IMG/VR virus record: IMGVR_UViG_3300045988_138852
Strand: one strand, 5' to 3'
DNA length: 35,436 nt
DNA from: a virus
Shown one piece after another: positions 1-9,192 of the stretch (its first letter is position 1; each line of letters starts with the position of its first letter). Below the pieces are notes generated by a model, which saw only the letters and a list, made by a program, of their open reading frames with translations, was not told where the DNA came from and did no database searches. The position numbers and the translations under genes were made by a program.

Positions 1-55
1 AAAACAATAGAAAGGAGCCACAAAATGAGATTTCCAAACGTGAGAGCGGATGTAA
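1..55. repeat. Left copy of a 55-nt terminal direct repeat (identical to 35382-35436); circular-contig closure overlap
   Basis: Base-by-base comparison: aaaacaatagaaaggagccacaaaatgagatttccaaacgtgagagcggatgtaa is present at both ends. The repeat cuts through the RBS and first 31 nt of ORF 25..309. Confidence 0.95.
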
Positions 56-309
56 AGACTGCATTTGAAATGTATCACACGCTACCATATTTTACATCTG
101 GCGACATAAGAAAGCTGTTTAATGGATGCGCAGGGTCAACTGCAGCGAAAATCGCAAAGCTGACACGCGATGAAATGGCAAGGCGAGAAATCAAGATGTA
201 CTGCGAACATGACAATTATTTAAACAAGGATGTCTTATATGACCTGGCGGGGTTAGACATAAACAGCATCAACAAGTCATACAAGATGTTAGAAAGGAGG
301 ACATTATGA
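25..309 (+). CDS. Hypothetical early protein (94 aa)
   Basis: ORF with RBS gaaaggag 6 nt upstream. Its stop overlaps the next start (ATGA). No family recognised. Confidence 0.55.
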   Translation: MRFPNVRADVKTAFEMYHTLPYFTSGDIRKLFNGCAGSTAAKIAKLTRDEMARREIKMYCEHDNYLNKDVLYDLAGLDINSINKSYKMLERRTL

Positions 310-794
310 AAATCAAATCAATCATACCACCGACACTATTTATAAGTACAGTAATCGCTCTGAACGGCCTAGCAACGGCAATAGACACACCTCAAGTGTA
401 TCAGCAGACGGAATACAAAGTCGTTAGCAATATACAAATTGATGTTAAAGGAATTTCAAACGAAATGATTGACGATATAGCGACAAGAAGTGGTGTAGAC
501 CCAGCTATCGTCAAGGCCATAATCATGGAAGAGTCAGGAGGCAATCCTAATGCGGTAGGAGACAATGGCGAATCAATAGGCTTAATGCAGATACAACCAA
601 AACACCATAAGAAAAAAATGGAAGAACTAGGAATCGTAAGCCTATTTGACCCACAAGAGAACGTGATTCTAGGATGTAGCATTTTGTCAGACCTCTACGA
701 CAAATATGGAAACTACGAGGACGCACTATCAGTATACAACAGTGGTAACACTGAAGACGGAAAGGCTTATGCAGAAAGGATATTGAATAGATGA
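306..794 (+). CDS. Secreted or membrane-anchored lytic transglycosylase (SLT domain)
   Basis: N-terminal hydrophobic signal/anchor (IIPPTLFISTVIALNGLATA). SLT catalytic motif region EESGGNPNAVGDNGESIGLMQIQ...YNSG. RBS aggagg. Confidence 0.8.
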   Translation: MKIKSIIPPTLFISTVIALNGLATAIDTPQVYQQTEYKVVSNIQIDVKGISNEMIDDIATRSGVDPAIVKAIIMEESGGNPNAVGDNGESIGLMQIQPKHHKKKMEELGIVSLFDPQENVILGCSILSDLYDKYGNYEDALSVYNSGNTEDGKAYAERILNR

Positions 795-808
795 CAAAAG
801 GAGGAAGC

Positions 809-1072
809 ATGGAAGACATAAAAAAAGACGCTCCGAAGAGCGCCGAAATCCAATTTCATAATATCACACCTGAACTCCCAGAGCAAGGGCTAATAATGAA
901 TAAGATAACAGGTTATGTGACACTGTTTAATCCAGAAAGTTCGCTTGTGTTTAAATTCGACAACTTAGCTGAACTCATGGCATTTACGCAAACAGCATTT
1001 ATGACAAGTACAAAGCAGCTTAATGCACAGATAGTTATAGACAAAGGAGAGGGTGGATATGAGTACAAATAA
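809..1072 (+). CDS. Hypothetical protein (87 aa)
   Basis: ATG at 809 preceded by aaaggagga. The track start at 791 lacks an RBS. No family recognised. Confidence 0.5.
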   Translation: MEDIKKDAPKSAEIQFHNITPELPEQGLIMNKITGYVTLFNPESSLVFKFDNLAELMAFTQTAFMTSTKQLNAQIVIDKGEGGYEYK

Positions 1073-1598
1073 AAAAATAACAGGCGATTACAGACAGTAC
1101 ATGGATAAGGACTTTATTGGCGAATGGGATTTGCCGGAAAACGATGACTTAATTGTCGAGATAGATCACGCAGAGGTTAACCAGGTCAAAAGCGAACGTG
1201 GATCAGAAGAAAAACTCTGCATACACTTCAAGGGTGGCTACAAGCCATTAATCATCAATGCAACGAATGGAGGGGCGATAAAAGATGCGCTCGGAACGGG
1301 GAAGGTCGAGAGATGGGAAGACAAAAGAATTTCCCTGTACCGCGAGCGCGTGTCAGCTTTTGGCAAGACAGTAATGGCTGTCAGGGTAAGACCATTTGCA
1401 CCTAAGCAAGATGAATATTTCTGTGATGAGTGCGGATGCCAAATTACAGATGAAGGTAAGTACACGGCAAGGGCTATTGCGCAGAGTTCGAAGAGTAAAT
1501 TTGGACGAACACTTTGCATGGATTGTGCAAAGCAAGTCAAAGCAGAGCAGGAGAAGGCAGATTTAGAGGGAGACATATTAAACGATGAGAATAACTAA
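1059..1598 (+). CDS. Hypothetical protein with C-terminal CxxC...CxxC zinc-ribbon
   Basis: ATG 1059 after aaaggagagggtgg. C-terminal CDECGC...CMDC cysteine pairs. Confidence 0.55.
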   Translation: MSTNKKITGDYRQYMDKDFIGEWDLPENDDLIVEIDHAEVNQVKSERGSEEKLCIHFKGGYKPLIINATNGGAIKDALGTGKVERWEDKRISLYRERVSAFGKTVMAVRVRPFAPKQDEYFCDECGCQITDEGKYTARAIAQSSKSKFGRTLCMDCAKQVKAEQEKADLEGDILNDENN

Positions 1599-3015
1599 GA
1601 TTAAGATTAAAAATTTGTTTGGAATCAGTGAAACCGAACTTGACGGAAGAAATATAGAGCTATCTGGCTCAAACGGTACAGGAAAAACATCCGTGATTGA
1701 TGCAATTAGATATGCTCTAACAAATCAGTCTGATAGAGATTACATCATACGAAATGGCGAAAAAGAGGGCGAGATACTAATTGAGGCAGGTGCAGACCTG
1801 TATATCAACAGAAAGAAGCGCACGGATAAGGCTGATTATAAGTCGGTCAAAGAAGCTGGCCGAGAAATAGGTAGCCCTGAGTCGATGCTCAAGACACTAT
1901 TCACACCACTGCAGCTCAACCCTGTCGAGTTTACTCAGATGACAAAGGCAGAGCAGAACCGTGTAATCCTTGATCTGATTGAGTATGATTGGGACCTTAA
2001 CTGGATAAGGGAGCAGTTCGGAGAAATTCCTCCAAATGTTAATTATGAGCAAAATATTTTGCAGGTGCTGAATGATATCCAGTCAGAAAAGGGATATTAC
2101 TTTCAAGAGCGCCAGAACGTGAATCGCGATATCAGAAATAACAGGGCGTTGATTGAAGACATTTCAAAGGACATTCCGAGTGGATACCAGGCAGAAAAGT
2201 GGGAAGCATTTGATCTGTCAGCAAAGTATCACGAGCTCGAGAAGATAAGACAGAGCAACGATCTAATAATGCGAGCAAAAGCTTTCAAGGACTCGTTTGA
2301 CAATAAAATGAGAGGATATGAAGCTGAAAAAGAAATCAGCATCTCATCAAATGAGCGCGCTATTGCGTCAGAGAGAGAAAGCTTAAAGGCAAGCATAGAG
2401 AAGCTCAAAGCTGAGCAGTTCGCTGCGGAGGAAAAGCTGAAAGGGCTTGACGCAAAGTTAGAAGACAAGAACCGTGTTGCGATTGCCGAATTTGAGACAA
2501 AGGTTGCAAAGTTGCAAAAGGATATCGGTACTGCTAACGAATATATAGATAAGCCGATAGTTGATACTACTGCGTTATCGGACGAAATATCTACAGCAGA
2601 AGAGATGAAAAGACACTTAAACGAATACGCTCGCCTCAAGGCAAAGGAAGAAGAAACAGAGCAGCTTACGGAGGCATCAAATGAGTTTACAAGAAAGATT
2701 GAGCTTGCTCGTAAGCTTCCAGGCGAAATTCTTGAGACGGCTACACTGCCCGTTGCTGGTCTAACAGTTGAGAATGGAATTCCGCTTATAAATGGATTGC
2801 CAGTCACAAACTTATCCGAGGGCGAAAAGCTTGAGCTCTGTGTAGATGTGGCACTATCTAAACCAAACAGCCTGCAGGTTATCCTCATAGATGGTGTCGA
2901 AAGACTGTCAGATTCGAACCGTGAAAGGTTATACGCAAAGTGCAAAGAGAAGGGCTTGCAGTTTATTGCAACAAGAACAACCAACTCGGATGAACTCGAG
3001 ATTAATTATTTGTAA
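1585..3015 (+). CDS. SMC/Rad50/SbcC-like AAA ATPase (recombination/repair module)
   Basis: N-terminal Walker A (LSGSNGTGKTSVIDAIRYAL), long central coiled coil. C-terminal ABC-signature-like LSEGEKL and Walker B VILIDGVERLS. Confidence 0.75.
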   Translation: MRITKIKIKNLFGISETELDGRNIELSGSNGTGKTSVIDAIRYALTNQSDRDYIIRNGEKEGEILIEAGADLYINRKKRTDKADYKSVKEAGREIGSPESMLKTLFTPLQLNPVEFTQMTKAEQNRVILDLIEYDWDLNWIREQFGEIPPNVNYEQNILQVLNDIQSEKGYYFQERQNVNRDIRNNRALIEDISKDIPSGYQAEKWEAFDLSAKYHELEKIRQSNDLIMRAKAFKDSFDNKMRGYEAEKEISISSNERAIASERESLKASIEKLKAEQFAAEEKLKGLDAKLEDKNRVAIAEFETKVAKLQKDIGTANEYIDKPIVDTTALSDEISTAEEMKRHLNEYARLKAKEEETEQLTEASNEFTRKIELARKLPGEILETATLPVAGLTVENGIPLINGLPVTNLSEGEKLELCVDVALSKPNSLQVILIDGVERLSDSNRERLYAKCKEKGLQFIATRTTNSDELEINYL

Positions 3016-3027
3016 GGAGGCAGTTAA

Positions 3028-3801
3028 ATGCTAACAAGAGAAAACTATTTTGATAAAGAAAACGAGCTGAAATACTTCGGCTCGTCTCAGTTTAAATCAT
3101 TCATGAAGTGCGAAGCTTCAACTATGGCAAGAATTAACGGAGAAATAGAAGAAGAAACAAGCACTGCGCTATTGGTTGGATCATATGTTGACGCACAATT
3201 CGAGGGAACTTTAGATCTTTTCATGGCGCAGCACCCGGAAATCCTTAAACGAGACGGAAGTCTAAAGGCTGAGTATACTCAAGCGAATGAGATTATAAAC
3301 AGACTCGAGCGAGATGAAATGTTTATGAAATACATGAGCGGTGAAAAGCAAGTAATCATGACTGCCGAGCTGTTTGGGCACGAGTTTAAAATCCGAATCG
3401 ATAGCTACCACGAAGGAAAGGCAATCGTAGATCTAAAGGTAATGCGTGATTTTGAGCCGGTATATGTCGAGGAACTTGGACGAGTTAGTTTCGTAGAGGC
3501 GTGGGGGTACGACATTCAGGGCGCCATTTACCAGGCAGTAGTTGAGGCAAGTACAGGCAAGAGGCTGCCATTTATCATTGCTGGTGCGACAAAGCAGACG
3601 GATGGAGCCGATTTAGGATTGTTCCAGGTTCCACAGTACAAGCTAGATGCTGCATTAAAGATCGTTGAACATTATGTCGACCATTTTGCTGATATAAAAA
3701 GCGGACTAATCGAGCCGAAAAGGTGCGAAAAATGTGCTTACTGCAGACAAACAAAGAAGCTAAAGAGAATTGAGATTTTGGAGGATTTGGCAAATGAATA
3801 G
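3028..3801 (+). CDS. PD-(D/E)XK family nuclease (Cas4/RecB-like exonuclease)
   Basis: Motifs IDSYHEGKAIVDLKV (D...D/ExK) and QGAIYQ (QxxxY). C-terminal Cys cluster CEKCAYC. Confidence 0.7.
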   Translation: MLTRENYFDKENELKYFGSSQFKSFMKCEASTMARINGEIEEETSTALLVGSYVDAQFEGTLDLFMAQHPEILKRDGSLKAEYTQANEIINRLERDEMFMKYMSGEKQVIMTAELFGHEFKIRIDSYHEGKAIVDLKVMRDFEPVYVEELGRVSFVEAWGYDIQGAIYQAVVEASTGKRLPFIIAGATKQTDGADLGLFQVPQYKLDAALKIVEHYVDHFADIKSGLIEPKRCEKCAYCRQTKKLKRIEILEDLANE

Positions 3802-4162
3802 CATTAACATTTTCGGTAGATTGGTAAAGGATCCTGAACTAAAGACATACACAAATGCAAAAGGGAAAACTAATTCTTTGTGCAACTTTTCCGTGGCGGT
3901 AAATCGTAAATTTGGAGAGGAGGCTGACTTCTTCAGCTGCACTGTGTTTGGCAAGCGAGCTGAGGTGATCAACAAGTTTTTTGCGAAAGGCAGCAGGATT
4001 GCCGTCCATGGTTCGATGCAGTGTAGCAAATCGGAAAACAAGTACTTCTGGAATCTGATGGTTGATGATTTCACTTTCGTTGATAGCAAAAACGAGACAA
4101 AGGCACCAGCTGAGTCACCAAAGGATACATTCGAGGCAATCGATGACGATGTGCCATTCTAG
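3794..4162 (+). CDS. ssb: Single-stranded DNA-binding protein
   Basis: MNSINIFGRLVKDPELK OB-fold start, FFSCTVFGKRAE, acidic C-terminal tail DDDVPF. ATG 3794 after ggagga. Confidence 0.85.
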   Translation: MNSINIFGRLVKDPELKTYTNAKGKTNSLCNFSVAVNRKFGEEADFFSCTVFGKRAEVINKFFAKGSRIAVHGSMQCSKSENKYFWNLMVDDFTFVDSKNETKAPAESPKDTFEAIDDDVPF

Positions 4163-4172
4163 GCGGTGCATC

Positions 4173-4631
4173 ATGATTATACAGATTGATACGAGGGAGA
4201 AAGATAGAGCGATTAAAAAGATAATAGCAGAGTTTGACCGACAGGAAATTAAATACATCTCAAGCAAGATGTTTGTTGGTGACTATTGCGATCTATCTAA
4301 TCCACTCGTCATTATTGACAGAAAACAGAACATAGCTGAGCTTGCTCAGAACGCAACATCTCAGCATGACCGATTCAAGCGAGAGTTGCTGAGGCTCGAT
4401 GAAATCGGTGGAAAGATGTACATCCTTGTCGAGCAAGACAAAATTGATGGAGTAAAAATACAATCGCTCGATGATGTGATGATGTGGAAACCAAGGTTCG
4501 GTAAGATTATAGGCTTGCAAATCTATAGAATCCTATCAGCCTGGCAGCACAAACACAGTATAGAGTATGTATTTTGCAACAAGGCAAACACCGGCAAGGA
4601 AATCATTAGATTATTGGAGGACTCGAAATGA
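4173..4631 (+). CDS. ERCC4/XPF-type nuclease (structure-specific endonuclease, resolvase-like)
   Basis: IQIDTREK ... VGDYCDL ... IIDRKQNIAELAQN matches the GDx(n)ERKxxxD ERCC4 signature. ATG 4173 chosen over the long unsupported N-terminal extension from 4062. Confidence 0.6.
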   Translation: MIIQIDTREKDRAIKKIIAEFDRQEIKYISSKMFVGDYCDLSNPLVIIDRKQNIAELAQNATSQHDRFKRELLRLDEIGGKMYILVEQDKIDGVKIQSLDDVMMWKPRFGKIIGLQIYRILSAWQHKHSIEYVFCNKANTGKEIIRLLEDSK

Positions 4632-5149
4632 ATGGAGTTGCAGAGAAAATAATAAACGCACTGACCATTGAGGATGTCCTCAGAATGTATGGATACGGAA
4701 CAAGCCCAAAGGGTAGGATTCCGTGTCCTATTCACAAAGGTAAGCACAATAACTTTTGCTATACGGAAAAGGTATATCATTGCTGGAGTTGTGGAGCAAA
4801 AGGGGACTTGATTACGCTCGCCATGGAGTTGAACGGAATTACATTTTCTCAAGCGATTGCGAAGCTAAACTATGATTTTTCGCTCGGGATAGTAAATAAA
4901 AAGCCAAGTATAAGAGAGAGGCAGGAAATTGCGTTAAATAGCAAAATCTCGAAAGTGGCAGAGACTCTAAAATCCGATTTAAGCGATTATTATTCAAAAG
5001 TGACAGACATACATAGAGGACTATTTAAAGTTCGCTGCAGCTCAGATCTTAAAGCTGACGAAGCGAAGCTAATTGACTATTACATATCTAGTTCCGAGCA
5101 ATGGCTAGATGACAATATTGAGGGGGTGATGTATCCATGGGTACCATAG
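4628..5149 (+). CDS. CHC2 (DnaG-type) zinc-finger protein, primase-associated
   Basis: CPIHKGKHNNFCYTEKVYHCWSCGAKGDLITL is the CHC2 primase zinc-finger pattern. ATGA overlap with the upstream gene. Confidence 0.7.
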   Translation: MNGVAEKIINALTIEDVLRMYGYGTSPKGRIPCPIHKGKHNNFCYTEKVYHCWSCGAKGDLITLAMELNGITFSQAIAKLNYDFSLGIVNKKPSIRERQEIALNSKISKVAETLKSDLSDYYSKVTDIHRGLFKVRCSSDLKADEAKLIDYYISSSEQWLDDNIEGVMYPWVP

Positions 5150-6978
5150 ATTTTACAAAAGAGGATTATCTGACATCAGTTGTACCATTTGAATACATCG
5201 AACAGAGCGATAATGCTCTGGAAAAGGAGCAGAGGAAAGCACTTGTTACAGAGCACGCTAAGTCTGTAGGAATTAAAAACTTTACAACGCTTTATAAAGC
5301 TTATTTAAAGATGCTTAAACAGATGGCAAGTAATGACTTGATATGCAACGCAACAAACTTTACAGGTCAGGAATTTGAGCTTGAAGTCGGCACATGGACA
5401 GCTGACGATGGTGGCATTTCAAGAGTAGGATATGGCGGAATGGAAGAAGTTGCATGCCCTCACCCTATCATGCCAGTGCTAAGGCTTGACAATGTAGACA
5501 CTGGGCTTGAAAAGATTAAGCTTGCATATCGTCGAGGTGCAGTTTGGAAAGATATTATTGTTGACCGCAAGCAGATTGCATCAAACAGTTCGATAGTCGG
5601 ACTAGCCGACTATGGAATTGCAGTCACCTCGGAGAACTCTAGAGCGCTTGTTAAGTATTTGCATGACGCAGAGAATCTAAACTTTGATGTAATACCAAGC
5701 AAGAAATCCGTAAGCCGTCTCGGATGGGTTGGAGACGATGGGTTTTCACCTTATGTTGATGGACTAGTGTTTGATGGAGAAGAAGCCTTTAAATCTTTTT
5801 TTAACAGCGTGAAGCAAAAAGGCAACAGTAAAAAATGGATGGACCTAGCGAAAGAAATCCGAAGTGGGGATAATCCAGCGCCTAAAATTTTATTAGTTGC
5901 AGCGTTTGCTTCGGTACTGGTTGAACCGTGCTCATGCCTACCCTTTTTCGTCCATGTTTGCGGTGGAACCGAGACAGGTAAAACTGTTGGATTAATGCTT
6001 GCAGCGTCAGTATGGGCTAACCCTGAGATGGGAAAGTACATCCATACGTTTAATTCAACTGCAGTAGCACAAGAGTTATCAGCTGGCTTTGTCAACTCAT
6101 TGCCCCTAATCCTGGATGAGCTCCAGATTATAAAAGATCGCAAAGATTTTGACCAGCTCATATATCAGTTGTCGGAAGGCGTAGGAAAGGCAAGAGGACA
6201 AAAGACCGGAGGTCTGCAGCGAAATGGAACTTGGGCGAACTGCATTATTACATCCGGAGAGCAGCCAATAACTTCGAATACATCTGGAGGGGGTGCGGTC
6301 AATAGAATCATTGAGATTAGCTGTGAGGATACAAAGCTATTCGATGATCCTGGACGCATAGTAAAGGTTGTTAAATCGAACTATGGACATGCAGGGAAGG
6401 AGTTCGTAAGAATCATTTCAGACGACTCTGTCATGCAAGAAGCAATCAATTTGCAACAGTTGTTTTTCAAGGAATTAAATCAGAAATCTACAGAAAAGCA
6501 AGCACTTGCAGCGAGTTTATTGCTGACGGCTGATGCAATCCTCGGCGAGTATATGTTCTTTGATAATGGTTCTATTGGTGTTGAGGATATGAAGGCATAT
6601 TTGTCAAGCAAGGAAGATGTGTCACAGAATATGCGAGCGTACGAGTGGCTCCAGGGATGGATTGCAGAGAATCATAATAGTTTTATCACTGATAACTATA
6701 CGCCATTGGGTAAAATCTACGGGAGAATCTCGAGTGGCGAAATAAATATTATACGAAATGTATTCAACTCGGCATGCTCAGAAAATGGATTCAATCCGGC
6801 TGAGTTCGCAAAATGGCTCAGCAGGAATAATCTGACTGATACCCTCCAAGGACGAGTCGACAAACAGATTAGAATCAGTGGAATAAGGTTTTGGACAATA
6901 GCTCTTCATGTGAATACTGAAGACAAAACATCTGAAAGCATTGGTTTTGTAGAGGTTCAAGAGGAAATACCGTTTTAA
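5137..6978 (+). CDS. DUF927-like SF3-type replicative helicase / replication initiator
   Basis: Walker A VCGGTETGKTVGLMLAASVW and Walker B LILDELQ. Size and position after the CHC2 protein are typical of phage primase-helicase modules. Confidence 0.65.
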   Translation: MGTIDFTKEDYLTSVVPFEYIEQSDNALEKEQRKALVTEHAKSVGIKNFTTLYKAYLKMLKQMASNDLICNATNFTGQEFELEVGTWTADDGGISRVGYGGMEEVACPHPIMPVLRLDNVDTGLEKIKLAYRRGAVWKDIIVDRKQIASNSSIVGLADYGIAVTSENSRALVKYLHDAENLNFDVIPSKKSVSRLGWVGDDGFSPYVDGLVFDGEEAFKSFFNSVKQKGNSKKWMDLAKEIRSGDNPAPKILLVAAFASVLVEPCSCLPFFVHVCGGTETGKTVGLMLAASVWANPEMGKYIHTFNSTAVAQELSAGFVNSLPLILDELQIIKDRKDFDQLIYQLSEGVGKARGQKTGGLQRNGTWANCIITSGEQPITSNTSGGGAVNRIIEISCEDTKLFDDPGRIVKVVKSNYGHAGKEFVRIISDDSVMQEAINLQQLFFKELNQKSTEKQALAASLLLTADAILGEYMFFDNGSIGVEDMKAYLSSKEDVSQNMRAYEWLQGWIAENHNSFITDNYTPLGKIYGRISSGEINIIRNVFNSACSENGFNPAEFAKWLSRNNLTDTLQGRVDKQIRISGIRFWTIALHVNTEDKTSESIGFVEVQEEIPF

Positions 6979-6980
6979 TA

Positions 6981-7356
6981 GGTGTCACCAAGAAAATCTT
7001 AGAGGCAACACTTGATAAAATGATGGAATTTCAACGATATAGTGAGTGGTGTCACCAAGCGTCACCAAGCCATTGATGACGGATAAATGTTGAAATATAA
7101 ACAAAAACGTCAAGTGTCACCTGTCACCAAGAATTTACACACACTATATATAATGATAAAAAATTTATCACAAAAGAATATATAGAAACCCTCGCGTAAG
7201 GATAGCTAAAAACCATGGTGACACTGGTGACAATCGTTATAAGCATTGAAATTACTGAGATATAACGTCATCAAGCCATTGGTGACAGGAAATAAGGCAA
7301 TAGCTATAAGCATTGAAATAACTACATTAAACCGTCACCATGTTATTTGGTGACAC
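6981..7356. repeat. Iteron cluster / putative origin of replication
   Basis: GTCACC occurs at 6984, 7051, 7061, 7123 and 7334. Its complement GGTGAC occurs at 7217, 7226, 7281 and 7349. Variants GTGTCAC (7114), GATGAC (7075) and GTCATC (7267) also occur. An AT-rich spacer lies at 7131-7200, and two degenerate ~67-bp units start with tataagcattgaaat (7238, 7305). Confidence 0.5.
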
Positions 7357-7418
7357 TCGAAAATAAATAATAATGCATAAAGGGTTATTTATATACGCAT
7401 AGTATGAGGAGTAATAGC

Positions 7419-7715
7419 ATGATACCGAAAGCTAAGAAAAGCAAAAAACAAAAAAGACCAATCGAGCAGGTGCCACGTTTTGAAATCATAAAACTACAAA
7501 ACCTGCTGCACATATCAATCATGGTGCGAGTTTTATGGACAGTGTACGGCTGGAGAGAGAAACGCATTGGATATTTCCTCGAAGCGTACATGAGTCTGCT
7601 CGGAGAGGTATGGGACCAGAGGTGCACGGTCAATCAGATGATAGATGGCACTAAAGACATGACTGGTCACGACATAAGGCAGCTAGTAGACGATATGATT
7701 AAGTATGGGAGGTAG
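7419..7715 (+). CDS. Hypothetical protein (98 aa)
   Basis: ATG 7419 lies 7 nt after aggag. Basic N-terminus. No family recognised. Confidence 0.45.
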   Translation: MIPKAKKSKKQKRPIEQVPRFEIIKLQNLLHISIMVRVLWTVYGWREKRIGYFLEAYMSLLGEVWDQRCTVNQMIDGTKDMTGHDIRQLVDDMIKYGR

Positions 7716-7718
7716 CAG

Positions 7719-7868
7719 ATGAAATGCGAACTATGCGGAAAACGAATCAACCTGTACGGAAAATACAGTGCAGTAATAGCAGGCGAAGAACACTATCTCT
7801 GTGTTTGGTGCTATAGGAAGATTAAGAAAAGCAACGAGGTTTTGAGGGAGAAAAATGAAACGAAGTGA
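7719..7868 (+). CDS. Small zinc-ribbon protein (49 aa, below the ORF-track cutoff)
   Basis: My own translation: MKCELCGKRINLYGKYSAVIAGEEHYLCVWCYRKIKKSNEVLREKNETK. CxxC...CxxC pairs, gggagg RBS 6 nt upstream. Confidence 0.55.
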   Translation: MKCELCGKRINLYGKYSAVIAGEEHYLCVWCYRKIKKSNEVLREKNETK

Positions 7869-8055
7869 ATTAGAAAATTATTTAGGCCAGCATGTAGAAG
7901 TAACGCTATTTGATGATTTTGCATATAGAGGCATTTTGAGAAAGACAGAAGAAAATAAAGACAGGTACGGCAATCCAAAGCATTATTTTTGCGAAGGTGA
8001 TCAAGACAACTATATTTTTAGATGCTCACATGTAAAGAGGTTAAAGCAATTATGA
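7855..8055 (+). CDS. Hypothetical protein (66 aa)
   Basis: RBS gagggag. ATGA overlap with the methylase start. Confidence 0.5.
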   Translation: MKRSELENYLGQHVEVTLFDDFAYRGILRKTEENKDRYGNPKHYFCEGDQDNYIFRCSHVKRLKQL

Positions 8056-8840
8056 AAGCAATACTAAAATATCCAGGCGCAAAGAACAGAATAGCAAAAT
8101 GGATTGTTGATAATATCCCAACTCATAAGGTATATTGCGAGCCGTTTTTTGGCAGTGGTGCAGTATTTTTTAACAAAGAGCCGTGTTACAACGAAATACT
8201 GAACGACATAGACGATGAAGTCTATAACTTTTTTAAAGTGCTGAGAACTGAATCGAGCGAATTGGCCGAAGCTATAAACCTTACTCCGTACTGCAGGATA
8301 GAATACGAATCGGCGTATGAAAGCGCAACCGCAAATAATGATGTAGAGCGAGCGAGACTATTTGCGATTAAGTGTTGGCAAGGTTTTGGATGTGGAAACA
8401 AATATAAAAATGGTTTTAGACGAGGTATAGGAGTGACAAGTCCGAACCCAGCGAAAGCGTGGGGAGAACTACCCACTACCTTGCAATTCGCGGCTGAGAG
8501 ACTGAAAAACGCACAGATTGAGCATAAGGACGCAATAGACTTGATAAAAAGTCTAAGAGGTAAAGAGACTTTTATTTATGTCGACCCACCGTACTTGCTA
8601 AACACGAGAAAAGTAAACCTTTACAATCATGAATTGGACGACGAATACCATAAAAGGTTATTAAAAGTCATATGTGATAGTGATTGCAAGATAATGATTA
8701 GTGGGTACGACAACGAACTCTATAACTTATATCTCAAAGATTGGAATAAGCTGAGTAAAAATACTACTGCAGAATGTTCAGTTAAACGCACTGAAACAAT
8801 ATGGATGAACTACAACGAAACAGAACAGATAAGCATATAG
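8052..8840 (+). CDS. DNA N6-adenine methyltransferase, D12 class (Dam family), orphan
   Basis: KYPGAKNRIAKWI, EPFFGSGAVFFN (FxGxG SAM motif), YVDPPY (DPPY catalytic motif). No adjacent endonuclease gene. Confidence 0.85.
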   Translation: MKAILKYPGAKNRIAKWIVDNIPTHKVYCEPFFGSGAVFFNKEPCYNEILNDIDDEVYNFFKVLRTESSELAEAINLTPYCRIEYESAYESATANNDVERARLFAIKCWQGFGCGNKYKNGFRRGIGVTSPNPAKAWGELPTTLQFAAERLKNAQIEHKDAIDLIKSLRGKETFIYVDPPYLLNTRKVNLYNHELDDEYHKRLLKVICDSDCKIMISGYDNELYNLYLKDWNKLSKNTTAECSVKRTETIWMNYNETEQISI

Positions 8841-8856
8841 CAGAAGGGATGTAACG

Positions 8857-9192
8857 ATGAGATTAATAGATGCAGAATTAATGAACCAAATTTGTAATCA
8901 CACATCATTAAGCACATGGTTCCCAACATCAGCAGCATTGCCAAACGAACTAGAACCTGTACTCATAACTTGGGTAAATAGAGCACCAGTATCGTATTAC
9001 GAGGAAATTAAGGACGAGCCTATCACAGGTGTAGCAATTTACCACAAAGGACAATGGTGGTGGTATTCGAATTATTGCGAAGATGTGCTATCGGAATATG
9101 GGAAAGCATCTGACGAGGACGCAATCGATAGACACATTGATGTTATAGCATGGCAACCATTCCCAAAGCCATACAAGGAGGAGAGGCAATGA
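8857..9192 (+). CDS. DUF551-like phage protein
   Basis: W..P....LP...PVL ... IAWQPFPKPYKE resembles the DUF551 W/P pattern. This is a weak assignment. Confidence 0.45.
   Translation: MRLIDAELMNQICNHTSLSTWFPTSAALPNELEPVLITWVNRAPVSYYEEIKDEPITGVAIYHKGQWWWYSNYCEDVLSEYGKASDEDAIDRHIDVIAWQPFPKPYKEERQ

Noticed and set aside
2229-2984. 251-aa minus-strand ORF inside the SMC-like ATPase gene
   Set aside because: This is a shadow ORF antisense to a coiled-coil coding region. Its translation is low-complexity and Ser/Ala/Phe-rich, it has no RBS, and it lies fully within a well-supported gene.
4062-4172. N-terminal extension of the ERCC4 nuclease ORF (the track start at 4062)
   Set aside because: The extension overlaps the SSB 3' end in another frame, is Arg/His/Ser-rich, and has no RBS. 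The conserved domain starts right at ATG 4173.
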